From IMG/VR virus record IMGVR_UViG_3300028627_000020, positions 1-37,121 of that record: DNA of 37,121 nucleotides. One strand, written 5' to 3'. Below, piece after piece: positions 19,686 to 27,526 of the stretch. Under the pieces are notes generated by a model that worked only from the letters and a program-made list of their open reading frames with translations, was not told where the DNA came from and did not search any database. Made by a program: the position numbers and the translations under genes. The DNA is from a virus. Positions within the stretch are counted from its first letter, which is position 1. Each line of letters begins with the position of its first letter.

Positions 19686-20126
19686 ATGAAAACAGTACTA
19701 TTTATTACGTTAGGAGTAATAGCATTAATTCTTATTATTGGGTTAATTCAGCGTAGTCGTAGAAAAAGAATCGTTATACCTGAACCAATAAATGATAAGC
19801 AAATTTTAGATCCTACTAATTTTGGAGGTTCACAAATCAGTAATGAACCTACGCAAAATGAATTTCCAGTTACTCCCGAGAAACCGGAAGAAGAACAAGT
19901 ATCTATGAAAATTAAAGAAGAACCTCATATTGAAAAAGAAGATTTAAAAACTGATGAAAGTCTTCCTAAGGAAAAGCCTGCACCTAAGAAAAAGGCTCCG
20001 GCGAAAAAAACGTCAACAGAAAAAGTGCCAGCAAAAAAAGCTCCAGTGAAGAAAACTACACCTAAGAAGCCTTCTACTGAAAAGAAAGCAACTACTGCAA
20101 AAAAGACGCAAACAAAACAAAAATAA
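19686..20126 (+). CDS. N-terminal TM protein with histone-H1-like Lys/Ala/Pro tail
   Basis: Hydrophobic residues 4-21; KKAPAKK, KKAPVKK and KKATTAKK repeats. Confidence 0.7.
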   Translation: MKTVLFITLGVIALILIIGLIQRSRRKRIVIPEPINDKQILDPTNFGGSQISNEPTQNEFPVTPEKPEEEQVSMKIKEEPHIEKEDLKTDESLPKEKPAPKKKAPAKKTSTEKVPAKKAPVKKTTPKKPSTEKKATTAKKTQTKQK

Positions 20127-20139
20127 AATTCTATTAATT

Positions 20140-20415
20140 ATGAAAGATTTTTTTAAAAAACTTTGGACTAAAATTAAAAATTGGGCCATTGAAACAGCAT
20201 GGCCATGGTTAAAGAAGGGTTGGATGCATTTAGTTAACATTATTATTGTGGCTATAGCATATGGAAAACTGTATGATACATTGCCTGCTGTTGCAGCGCT
20301 TGTAGGATTTTGGTTATTTATTCTTTTAGCTTATTACATTTTCTGGAAATTTTTTGGCTTTGATAAAGTATGGAAAAATTTTATTGAAGAAAAAAGAAAA
20401 AAGAATAAAATTTAA
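20140..20415 (+). CDS. Small membrane protein
   Basis: 91 aa with two hydrophobic segments and basic termini. Confidence 0.7.
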   Translation: MKDFFKKLWTKIKNWAIETAWPWLKKGWMHLVNIIIVAIAYGKLYDTLPAVAALVGFWLFILLAYYIFWKFFGFDKVWKNFIEEKRKKNKI

Positions 20416-20433
20416 CTATAAATTAACAAAGTT

Positions 20434-20467
20434 AAAGTATCAAAATTGATTTTTGGTATTATATTTA
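20434..20467 (+). promoter_or_regulatory. Putative bipartite promoter for tmRNA
   Basis: AAAGTATCAAAA...TTTTTGGT..TATATTTA, with a near-identical copy at 23612-23645 at the same 26 nt spacing. TATATTTA resembles the Bacteroidota -7 element TAnnTTTG. Confidence 0.55.
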
Positions 20468-20472
20468 AGATA

Positions 20473-20730
20473 TTGAGACACTCCGAAAGGATAGTTAGAG
20501 AGTAGGTATGTAAGACGCGGGTTCGATTCCCGCCATCTCCACGATTCTTTTCCGTTGGAAAGGAACTTATAAAGGCTTTGATGATTGAGCCAGCTAATCA
20601 ATCATAAATGGGGATGACTTGGCTTTGATTGCATACTAAGGGTAATAGCGAACATCTCAAGACGCAATTAAACGGCGAACAGTTTAAAGAGTATCGTATG
20701 GCAGCTTAAGAAGTTTGTATACGACAAATG
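20473..20730 (+). ncRNA. ssrA: Circularly permuted (two-piece) tmRNA
   Basis: T-arm GCGGG-TTCGATT-CCCGC (20517-33) and 3' acceptor CATCTCC-A (20534-41) lie upstream of 5' acceptor GGGGATG (20610-16). The 7 bp stem includes G3:U70. Helix 2 is GTATGTAA/TTGCATAC. Tag ORF GEQFKEYRMAA-stop at 20674-20709. Confidence 0.92.
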
Positions 20731-20733
20731 AAA

Positions 20734-20761
20734 AAAAGGGTGGAATTAATTCCACCCTTTT
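20734..20761 (+). terminator. Intrinsic terminator after tmRNA
   Basis: AAAAGGGTGGAA-TTAA-TTCCACCCTTTT. Confidence 0.8.
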
Positions 20762-20781
20762 AAATTAAACATAATTTATGT

Positions 20782-21411
20782 ATGTCTAAGCATTATTATA
20801 ATTATTTCTATCGAGTAGTAAATTTAATTACAGAAAACTTTTATTATGGGGTACATAAAACTTCGAACTTAAACGACATGTATATGGGTTCGGGCAAATA
20901 CATTAAAAATGCAATTAAAAAATATGGAAAAGAAAATTTTAAAAGAGAAATTTTAAAATTTTTTAATACATTTGAAGAAGCATTGGATTATGAAGCAAAA
21001 ATTGTAAATGATAATGTTTTAAACGACCCCAAATGTTATAATTTAAAAATAGGAGGCAAAGGCGGCTCAGCAAAGGGCAGGATTTCTCCTATGAAAAATA
21101 AACATCATTCTGAAATTACTCGAAAAAAAATTAGTAATAGCGAAAAAGGAATATCAAAAAATAAGGGTATGCGCATGTCAGACATTACTAAAAGAAAGAT
21201 TAGTCTTAATAATGGTATGCGTAATAATGGCTATTTAGTTTCAGGAAATAAAAATGGCATGTTTAATAAAACTAAGGAAAAAAATCCGAATTATAATACA
21301 ATTTGGATATACAATAAAGATTTAAACTATACAAAAAGAATAGATAAAACTTTATTAGATGAATATCTTTTAAAGGGATGGGTAAAAGGGAGAAAAACTA
21401 AAGCTACCTAA
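20782..21411 (+). CDS. GIY-YIG (Seg-like) homing endonuclease with NUMOD3-like motifs
   Basis: YFYRVVNLITENFYYGVH, YMGSG, KKYGKENF and YNLKIGG, then KHHSEITRKKIS and NGMFNK. Confidence 0.88.
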   Translation: MSKHYYNYFYRVVNLITENFYYGVHKTSNLNDMYMGSGKYIKNAIKKYGKENFKREILKFFNTFEEALDYEAKIVNDNVLNDPKCYNLKIGGKGGSAKGRISPMKNKHHSEITRKKISNSEKGISKNKGMRMSDITKRKISLNNGMRNNGYLVSGNKNGMFNKTKEKNPNYNTIWIYNKDLNYTKRIDKTLLDEYLLKGWVKGRKTKAT

Positions 21412-21447
21412 GTGCCGGCTTTTTTTATCTTTTTTCATAGAAGTAAA

Positions 21448-21463
21448 GAATATATAAATAAAA
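21448..21463 (+). promoter_or_regulatory. Putative late promoter
   Basis: GAATATATAAATAAAA (contains TATAAATA). Confidence 0.55.
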
Positions 21464-21477
21464 TAAATGTTAAAGAT

Positions 21478-21759
21478 ATGAAGGCTAGAACAATCAATGA
21501 ACACGACTGGGACGATGAAAGATATGAAGGCGAAGACGGCCCTTTTATCAAAGATGATGGCTGGGATGAAGATGCTCTTGAAGAAGTAGGATTAATAGAT
21601 TGGATGGAAAATGTGCAGCGCCTTCAATACGAAATTCTTAATGCTAGAAGAGGTTCTTACGGCATTAGCGGAACAACAGCAGAATATCTTGTTGGTGATC
21701 TAGAGGAATTAAAACGAAGTCTAGAAGCTATAATAGAAAATATACAAGACGAACTTTAA
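21478..21759 (+). CDS. Acidic hypothetical protein (MKARTINE leader)
   Basis: Start re-assigned to ATG 21478, downstream of the promoter motif; 93 aa. Confidence 0.7.
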   Translation: MKARTINEHDWDDERYEGEDGPFIKDDGWDEDALEEVGLIDWMENVQRLQYEILNARRGSYGISGTTAEYLVGDLEELKRSLEAIIENIQDEL

Positions 21760-21779
21760 ATATTAATATTAAAGCATAA

Positions 21780-21796
21780 GAATATATAAAATAAAA
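21780..21796 (+). promoter_or_regulatory. Putative late promoter
   Basis: GAATATATAAAATAAAA upstream of ATG 21805. Confidence 0.5.
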
Positions 21797-21804
21797 CCAT
21801 ACTT

Positions 21805-22344
21805 ATGAAAGCAGGTAATTTCAACATTAATGATTATTTAGAAAAACTTTATGAAGATGCACTTCCTATGATGGATGGGGGAGAAGGATTAACAAATGCC
21901 GATGGTCTTATTATTCCAGATGAAAATAAGAAATCTTATGATTGGCTTAAAAAAGAATATCAAAAGAGCCAAACAGAAATTAAAGTTGAAATTAAAATGG
22001 GTGATGCCAAGTTTGATCCAAGATATGACCTACAAACGGACCTTGATTCCGTAAAAGAATTTAAACCTGGAATGTATGGGGAAATTAAAACTAAAGACAC
22101 ACCTGATACAAAAGATCAAAATTCTACGGGAAAATCAAGTCTTGACCCAAAGAAAAATAGCGCATCATTTACAAAGGAAGAAGGCGAAAAAGATAAATCT
22201 GATGAAACTGTTGAAAATAAATCTAATATAAATAAAAAATCATCTGTATCATTAGATAAGAATAAAGACGAAAAAGAAGAAAAGAAACAACCTTTGGATG
22301 ATAATACTAAAGTTAAGAAGATTGATCTTAAAACCAAAAAATAA
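21805..22344 (+). CDS. Hypothetical protein
   Basis: 179 aa with a charged low-complexity C-terminal half. Confidence 0.7.
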   Translation: MKAGNFNINDYLEKLYEDALPMMDGGEGLTNADGLIIPDENKKSYDWLKKEYQKSQTEIKVEIKMGDAKFDPRYDLQTDLDSVKEFKPGMYGEIKTKDTPDTKDQNSTGKSSLDPKKNSASFTKEEGEKDKSDETVENKSNINKKSSVSLDKNKDEKEEKKQPLDDNTKVKKIDLKTKK

Positions 22345-22625
22345 TGAAGAAAGATAATCTATTAGCAGATTATTTGAATAACGCTAAGGAAAATTCATTG
22401 CCTGAAGAAGACATAGCTCAAATGTCAGAAAAAACGTGGCCTGAACTTTTAACATTAAATTTAACATCATTTTTATTGCTTGTTACTCGTTCAGTCGTGT
22501 TTGGTTATTCATTAAAAATATTATTTGGCACAAACTGGGCTTTTATTGAAACGATATGTATAGGTTTAGGAATTGTATTTATATTTTCTTATTTAACAAA
22601 TATTTTATCAATCTTTAAAAAATAA
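22344..22625 (+). CDS. Small membrane protein
   Basis: 93 aa with two hydrophobic segments; TAATG stop/start overlap. Confidence 0.7.
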   Translation: MKKDNLLADYLNNAKENSLPEEDIAQMSEKTWPELLTLNLTSFLLLVTRSVVFGYSLKILFGTNWAFIETICIGLGIVFIFSYLTNILSIFKK

Positions 22626-22629
22626 ACAA

Positions 22630-23304
22630 ATGTCGGCAAAAATAATCTGTCTAGAAGGACTTGACTCTAGCGGAAAATCTACGCAAGTTATTTTATTGAC
22701 TAATTATTTAGATAAACATAGATTATCATATAGGTTTATTCATTTTCCTACATATGATAAAACCGTTGCAGGAAAAGTCATATCATCTTTTCTTTGTGGT
22801 GATCTCGGCGATATAAACGAAGTTGACCCAGTATTTGTGGCTAATATTTATGCAATGGACAGATATCTTTATCTTTCAAAAATAAATGACATACTTGATA
22901 AATATGATGTTTTAATTTTAGATAGATACGTATTTTCAAATATGGCATATCAAGGAGCGAAAGCAAAAACTGATTCACATACAAAAGAATTAAGAGATTG
23001 GATATATAATTTTGAGTTTAATTTTTTAAAACTTCCTTATCCCGATTTAACTATCTTTTTTGATGTTCCTATTAAAATTATCAAACAAAGATTAGAAACT
23101 CGGCGAACCGGAACTGATAGAGAATATCTTAAAGGAAAGGAAGACATTCATGAAAAAGACATAAAATTTCAATCAAAGGTTAGAGATAACTATTTAGCAT
23201 TAAAGGGCTACAGTAAGTATGTGATAATACCGACAAAGACGCTGTCTCCTGATAAAATTTTTAATAAGTATGAAAATTATTTATCATTTGTTTTAAATGT
23301 TTAA
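22630..23304 (+). CDS. tmk: Thymidylate kinase
   Basis: LEGLDSSGKST P-loop, FPTY, ILDRYVFSNMAYQ and PDLTIFFDV. Confidence 0.92.
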   Translation: MSAKIICLEGLDSSGKSTQVILLTNYLDKHRLSYRFIHFPTYDKTVAGKVISSFLCGDLGDINEVDPVFVANIYAMDRYLYLSKINDILDKYDVLILDRYVFSNMAYQGAKAKTDSHTKELRDWIYNFEFNFLKLPYPDLTIFFDVPIKIIKQRLETRRTGTDREYLKGKEDIHEKDIKFQSKVRDNYLALKGYSKYVIIPTKTLSPDKIFNKYENYLSFVLNV

Positions 23305-23593
23305 AAATAAGAGTATGGCATACACGTACCCGAATAAACCGAACTCCGAAAAAAATAAAATCAATGAATATATTTCTGATTATGCAGAAAATAAAGTTCT
23401 GTATGATTTAATGAAAAAACATTCGCCGTATCATGTAAAAATAATAGAAGACATTTCTGACAATTGGTTTATTCAAATTTTATTCTATAAACGAGGAACA
23501 GGGGTTATTGTAGATAAGCATTCTATTATTCGACCGGATTTAAAGACATGGATAAGCTATTTAGAATCTTTGGGATATAAAATTGTTAATTAA
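23297..23593 (+). CDS. Hypothetical protein
   Basis: 98 aa ORF overlapping the tmk stop. Confidence 0.65.
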   Translation: MFKNKSMAYTYPNKPNSEKNKINEYISDYAENKVLYDLMKKHSPYHVKIIEDISDNWFIQILFYKRGTGVIVDKHSIIRPDLKTWISYLESLGYKIVN

Positions 23594-23611
23594 TTTTTAT
23601 TTAACAGATAA

Positions 23612-23645
23612 AAAGTATCAAAAACGTCTTTTTGGTTTATATTTA
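23612..23645 (+). promoter_or_regulatory. Putative bipartite promoter
   Basis: AAAGTATCAAAA...TTTTTGGT.TATATTTA, matching 20434-20467. Confidence 0.55.
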
Positions 23646-23711
23646 TATAAAAACTTTTGAATATTCAATAAATATAATTAAATAATTTTTTAAACTAAAA
23701 TAAGTTAATTT

Positions 23712-24020
23712 ATGGCAAATAACGTTACAAATCCTATGGATCAAGCACTTACAGTTGATTCAACGCAAAAAATTGAAACTAAAGCATACGTTCCAACGTA
23801 TCGAATTAAACCCGAATTTAGAAAAGCTATCCTACAAGCTATTGGGGATATGCCCTTTAACCAGATTGCAGGCCTTATTAATGCAATTGATGTTGAAACA
23901 ATAGATCATCAGACATTGACTCAAATTGTTAACGCACTTGGGCAATTTCCCTTTGTAAGAGTAGAAAATCTTATGAAAAACATCAGTTCGTACGTACAAC
24001 AGGTTATTGATGACGATTAA
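23712..24020 (+). CDS. Hypothetical protein with internal duplication
   Basis: ILQAIGDMPFNQIAGLI and IVNALGQFPFVRVENLM are two similar helical units. Confidence 0.75.
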   Translation: MANNVTNPMDQALTVDSTQKIETKAYVPTYRIKPEFRKAILQAIGDMPFNQIAGLINAIDVETIDHQTLTQIVNALGQFPFVRVENLMKNISSYVQQVIDDD

Positions 24021-24053
24021 AAACACATATAAACATTAAAACACGTATAAACA
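24020..24053. repeat. Tandem direct repeat, 2 x 16 bp with 18 bp period
   Basis: AAAACACATATAAACA (24020-35) and AAAACACGTATAAACA (24038-53). Confidence 0.7.
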
Positions 24054-24082
24054 AAAATAAACATTTTTTACATTTTTTATTT

Positions 24083-24706
24083 ATGGCTAAAGACACAAGT
24101 ATTCAAACGTTAGCATTGAATTTTATAAAAAACAAAAATAACGAAAATTTTTCAAATCTTATTAAACGTCTTAAGCCCGGTCTTTTTTCTTTTGTGTACA
24201 ATTTTGTAAAAGATAAAGATCTTGCAAATGATGTTGTTTCGCAAACTATCATTTTGATGTGGCAAAAAATTGATCAATACAATCATAAGTACAATTTTTC
24301 AACATGGGTTTATGCAATTGCAAAAAATGAATCGTTAGGTGCTATAAGACAAAAGAATAAAGTTTTGTCTTATGATAAGTACATGAATAATCATTCTCGT
24401 TTACTTCAGTTATATAATCCCGTTTTTAACATGAATACTGAAGTAATAGGCCCGGTTGGAGAAGAACTTACACGAAAATTATTTGACGCCTCATTAGCTG
24501 TCATTAATGAATTAAAAGAGCCATATCGTACAGTTATGTTAGAAAGAGAAATTAAGCAAAAACAACTTAATGACATAGCAAATGATTTAGGATGGAATTT
24601 ATCAACTGTTAAAACAAGATTACGTAAAGGACGAAAGGATGTAGCAGAAGTTTTATATAAAAAATATCCTGATTTAGTGGATTCGTATCTTGGAAATGAA
24701 ACTTAA
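24083..24706 (+). CDS. ECF-type sigma-70 family factor
   Basis: Region 2 (DLANDVVSQT, FSTWVYAIAKNE) and region 4 HTH (IANDLGWNLSTVKTRLRKGR). Confidence 0.88.
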   Translation: MAKDTSIQTLALNFIKNKNNENFSNLIKRLKPGLFSFVYNFVKDKDLANDVVSQTIILMWQKIDQYNHKYNFSTWVYAIAKNESLGAIRQKNKVLSYDKYMNNHSRLLQLYNPVFNMNTEVIGPVGEELTRKLFDASLAVINELKEPYRTVMLEREIKQKQLNDIANDLGWNLSTVKTRLRKGRKDVAEVLYKKYPDLVDSYLGNET

Positions 24707-25199
24707 AACTGATATGTTTAATTTTTTAAAACCAAAAAACTGGGGTATCGTTAAAGTATATCGAGATCTTGAGAATTTTGCTGATTGGAAAAGAACTGTT
24801 CGTAGAGAAGAGGCTAATCCTAATTCAAAATTTTCTAAATGGAATATGCAACGAACAGCCTTCTATGACATTTATGTGATCATTAATCTTGAGGAAGAAG
24901 ATTATAATTTACCAGAAGTTGTTAAACGAACAAAAATTCTTGAATCATTATCTCCGATTAATAGATATTTAGATGAAGATTTAGGATTTGCTGAATGCTT
25001 AGACATTGAATTTAACCAATTTGAAGACGAAAAGGGTGTATTAACGTTATCTTATCTTATTTTATATAGATTTAGATTTGAAAAATTTTCTTTAAAATGG
25101 ATTATTAAATCATTAATTATTTTAGGCGTTATAATTTTCTTCATTGTAAGATTTGATCTGATACAACAATTTATATCTTGGGTCGTAAGTATTTTTTAA
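24696..25199 (+). CDS. Hypothetical protein with C-terminal TM
   Basis: ATG 24696 overlaps the sigma gene end; hydrophobic C-terminus. Confidence 0.7.
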   Translation: MKLKTDMFNFLKPKNWGIVKVYRDLENFADWKRTVRREEANPNSKFSKWNMQRTAFYDIYVIINLEEEDYNLPEVVKRTKILESLSPINRYLDEDLGFAECLDIEFNQFEDEKGVLTLSYLILYRFRFEKFSLKWIIKSLIILGVIIFFIVRFDLIQQFISWVVSIF

Positions 25200-25202
25200 A
25201 TA

Positions 25203-25982
25203 ATGTTTCAGTTTGATAAAGAAAATATACGTTGGATAAAAGATGAACGTGGATTACCATCTTGCTATTATAGAATAAAAATCCCAAGTGTTAGCACTAT
25301 TTTATCAGAAATGGTTCCTGATCCAGACTTTGAACAATGGGTTCTACGTATAGGAAAAGAAAAGGCCGAACAGATAATGACCGTAGCGGCCAATCGGGGT
25401 TCATCCATGCATCTTTTTATTGAAAACTTTATAATCCATTACCATCAAACTAAAGATGTTTCTAAGGCCCTAAAATACACACAGGAGGAAAGCCCTAAAA
25501 ATCTTATAACTGAAAACATTCCTGCTGTAAAAATTGAAGAAGGGCGTGATTTATTTTACAAGTTTTATTATTCAGATTATGCCCAACAATTTTCTGAGAT
25601 GATAGCAGTAGAAATGGGAATATTTTCAGCATCATTATTTTATCGAGGAAAATTAGATATTTTATATAAAGATAGAAATTTTGGATTGTCTCTCACAGAC
25701 TTTAAATCATCTAATGGGAAAATTAAAAAAGGAAGCGTTAAAGAACTTAAATATAAACTTCAACTTGGAGGTTATGCTTTAGCTCTTGATGAAATGTATA
25801 AAGAAAAGAACATTATAATTAACAGGGCATCAATACTTTGTGTTGATAAACAAAGCGATATTTTGCAAGAAATAGAATCTGTAGGCAAAGAATTAGCCGA
25901 GTATAAAGAAAAATTTAAAGAATTAGTAGTTCAGTATCATATTAAAAATAACACAGAGTATTTAATTAATGATAGAGAATAA
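25203..25982 (+). CDS. PD-(D/E)XK exonuclease (lambda-exo/Cas4-like)
   Basis: PSVSTIL, RGSSMH, VE, YRGKLDIL, LTDFKSS and QLGGYA. Confidence 0.82.
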   Translation: MFQFDKENIRWIKDERGLPSCYYRIKIPSVSTILSEMVPDPDFEQWVLRIGKEKAEQIMTVAANRGSSMHLFIENFIIHYHQTKDVSKALKYTQEESPKNLITENIPAVKIEEGRDLFYKFYYSDYAQQFSEMIAVEMGIFSASLFYRGKLDILYKDRNFGLSLTDFKSSNGKIKKGSVKELKYKLQLGGYALALDEMYKEKNIIINRASILCVDKQSDILQEIESVGKELAEYKEKFKELVVQYHIKNNTEYLINDRE

Positions 25983-26739
25983 AGATAAATTACATAATTT
26001 TCCGACTGTTAATTGGATAACGTTAGAAAAATCTGTGGATCGTAAAGAATGCATGATTTCACAACTAGATTCTTTAGGCTTAAAACATAATATGATAGAA
26101 GGTTATGATGGCTTAACTACAGATTACACGAATAGCCCTATTGTAAGCGGAGACTTTTTTTATCAAATGAATTCTCCTCAAATTGCTATCTCGATAAGTC
26201 ATGTAAAAAATATAAAGAACTGGTTTGAAAATACTGATGAAAATTATGGCGTTTTCTGTGAAGATGATGTTTTATTTGAAACAGTTAATTATTGGAATTT
26301 TACATGGGATGATATTATTAATAGATTACCTGAAAATTGGCAAGTTGTTCAGCTTTCTCTTATTAAAGACAATATATCTGAAGAAGATATGAAATTGAAC
26401 AAACGTTATAACATAAATTGGAGTGCAGCTTGTTATATTCTTACTCGAGAATATGCTAAATATTTTTTATCTAAATATGTTGAAGACAATGGGCATTATA
26501 GCTTAAGAGTTCCTGATGGGTTTGTTCCTTATTCAGAAAACATTATTTTTTTCAATGAGCATCATCCATTAAGACTAAGCTTGCCGCTTTTTACTACTGC
26601 TAATTTTCAAAGTGTTTTCACCCCATTGTTTTTTGACGATTCATATACAAATGTGCATTTAAAAAGTTCAAGCTTTATTCTTAATTGGTGGAAAACACAG
26701 GCTGATAATAAAAATCAATTAGATATATTGTTTCCTTAA
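25969..26739 (+). CDS. Glycosyltransferase, GT25-like
   Basis: WITLEKSVDRKECM, ISISHVKNIK, FCEDDV and SAACYILTREYA. Confidence 0.8.
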   Translation: MIENKDKLHNFPTVNWITLEKSVDRKECMISQLDSLGLKHNMIEGYDGLTTDYTNSPIVSGDFFYQMNSPQIAISISHVKNIKNWFENTDENYGVFCEDDVLFETVNYWNFTWDDIINRLPENWQVVQLSLIKDNISEEDMKLNKRYNINWSAACYILTREYAKYFLSKYVEDNGHYSLRVPDGFVPYSENIIFFNEHHPLRLSLPLFTTANFQSVFTPLFFDDSYTNVHLKSSSFILNWWKTQADNKNQLDILFP

Positions 26740-26791
26740 AACTTGAAAACTTGTTTTTTATATAAAAAATAATTAAAATAAATTAAAAATA

Positions 26792-27424
26792 ATGACAAAA
26801 AAAGAAACTAAACTGAAAGTCGTCAAAGCTGAAGAAAATATCGGAAATATGGCAGATGAAGAAAATACAAATAAACCTACTCCTGAAGAAATAGAACAAT
26901 ATAAGAATGAATTTCAAGAGGCTCTTAAAGCTTTTTCAGAAGAGAAATGGGCCATTAGCGATAAAGGAAATTTTGCTGCAAACGATGTTGGCTTATTCAT
27001 TGAAGATTTCATGAATAGATTTGCGTTTTGGTCAAAAAACGGGTGGATGGGAATGATAAAAATGTCAGAAGTTCTTCGACAAGCTATGTTATCTGCAGAT
27101 GAAGAAACTCCTCTTTTGCTTGATTATCAGGCTCTTGAATTTTGCGCTTATATGTTATCTAATCCGGGTGGAATAGGTCTTGAATTAGCACTAGAATTTG
27201 AGAAAATTGCCGATAAGTTCTCAAAAATTGGAATTGTTGTTGGAGAAAAACTTGAAGACGCAAGAAAAAAACTTAAGCATGTTCAATATCTTCAAGAAAA
27301 ATGGGCAGCAAGTGAACAAGGCTTTTATCTTGCAGATTTAGAGAAAAATGCAGATAAAGAAAATGAGAATGTTTCTATTGATGGAAACACAGTAGAAATA
27401 GATTTAACAAAGGAAGATAATTAA
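26792..27424 (+). CDS. Hypothetical protein
   Basis: 210 aa ORF bounded by AT-rich intergenic regions. Confidence 0.75.
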   Translation: MTKKETKLKVVKAEENIGNMADEENTNKPTPEEIEQYKNEFQEALKAFSEEKWAISDKGNFAANDVGLFIEDFMNRFAFWSKNGWMGMIKMSEVLRQAMLSADEETPLLLDYQALEFCAYMLSNPGGIGLELALEFEKIADKFSKIGIVVGEKLEDARKKLKHVQYLQEKWAASEQGFYLADLEKNADKENENVSIDGNTVEIDLTKEDN

Positions 27425-27446
27425 AATTTATTTATAGATATGTGCT

Positions 27447-27475
27447 AAGACTCAAGAAAACTTGAGTCTTTTTTT
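27447..27475 (+). terminator. Intrinsic terminator
   Basis: AAGACTCAAG-AAAA-CTTGAGTCTT followed by a T-run. Confidence 0.8.
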
Positions 27476-27526
27476 AACATATAAATTTAGGCATAAATAA
27501 AATATATAAAACAAAAAAACGTACAC

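Noticed and set aside
20514-20545. Stand-alone tRNA gene suggested by GGTTCGATTCC
   Set aside because: No D-arm or anticodon arm upstream. The matching 5' acceptor strand is downstream at 20610 and is followed by a tag ORF, so it is a permuted tmRNA.
21412-21477. Longer N-terminus for the ORF ending at 21759 (GTG 21412)
   Set aside because: The extension runs through a T-tract and the promoter motif. ATG 21478 fits the promoter spacing and the leader family.
25203-25982. CRISPR-associated Cas4 or a type IV system together with DinG
   Set aside because: No repeat-spacer array or other cas genes are visible, and the Cas4 Fe-S cysteine set is absent. Such exonucleases are common stand-alone genes in large phages.
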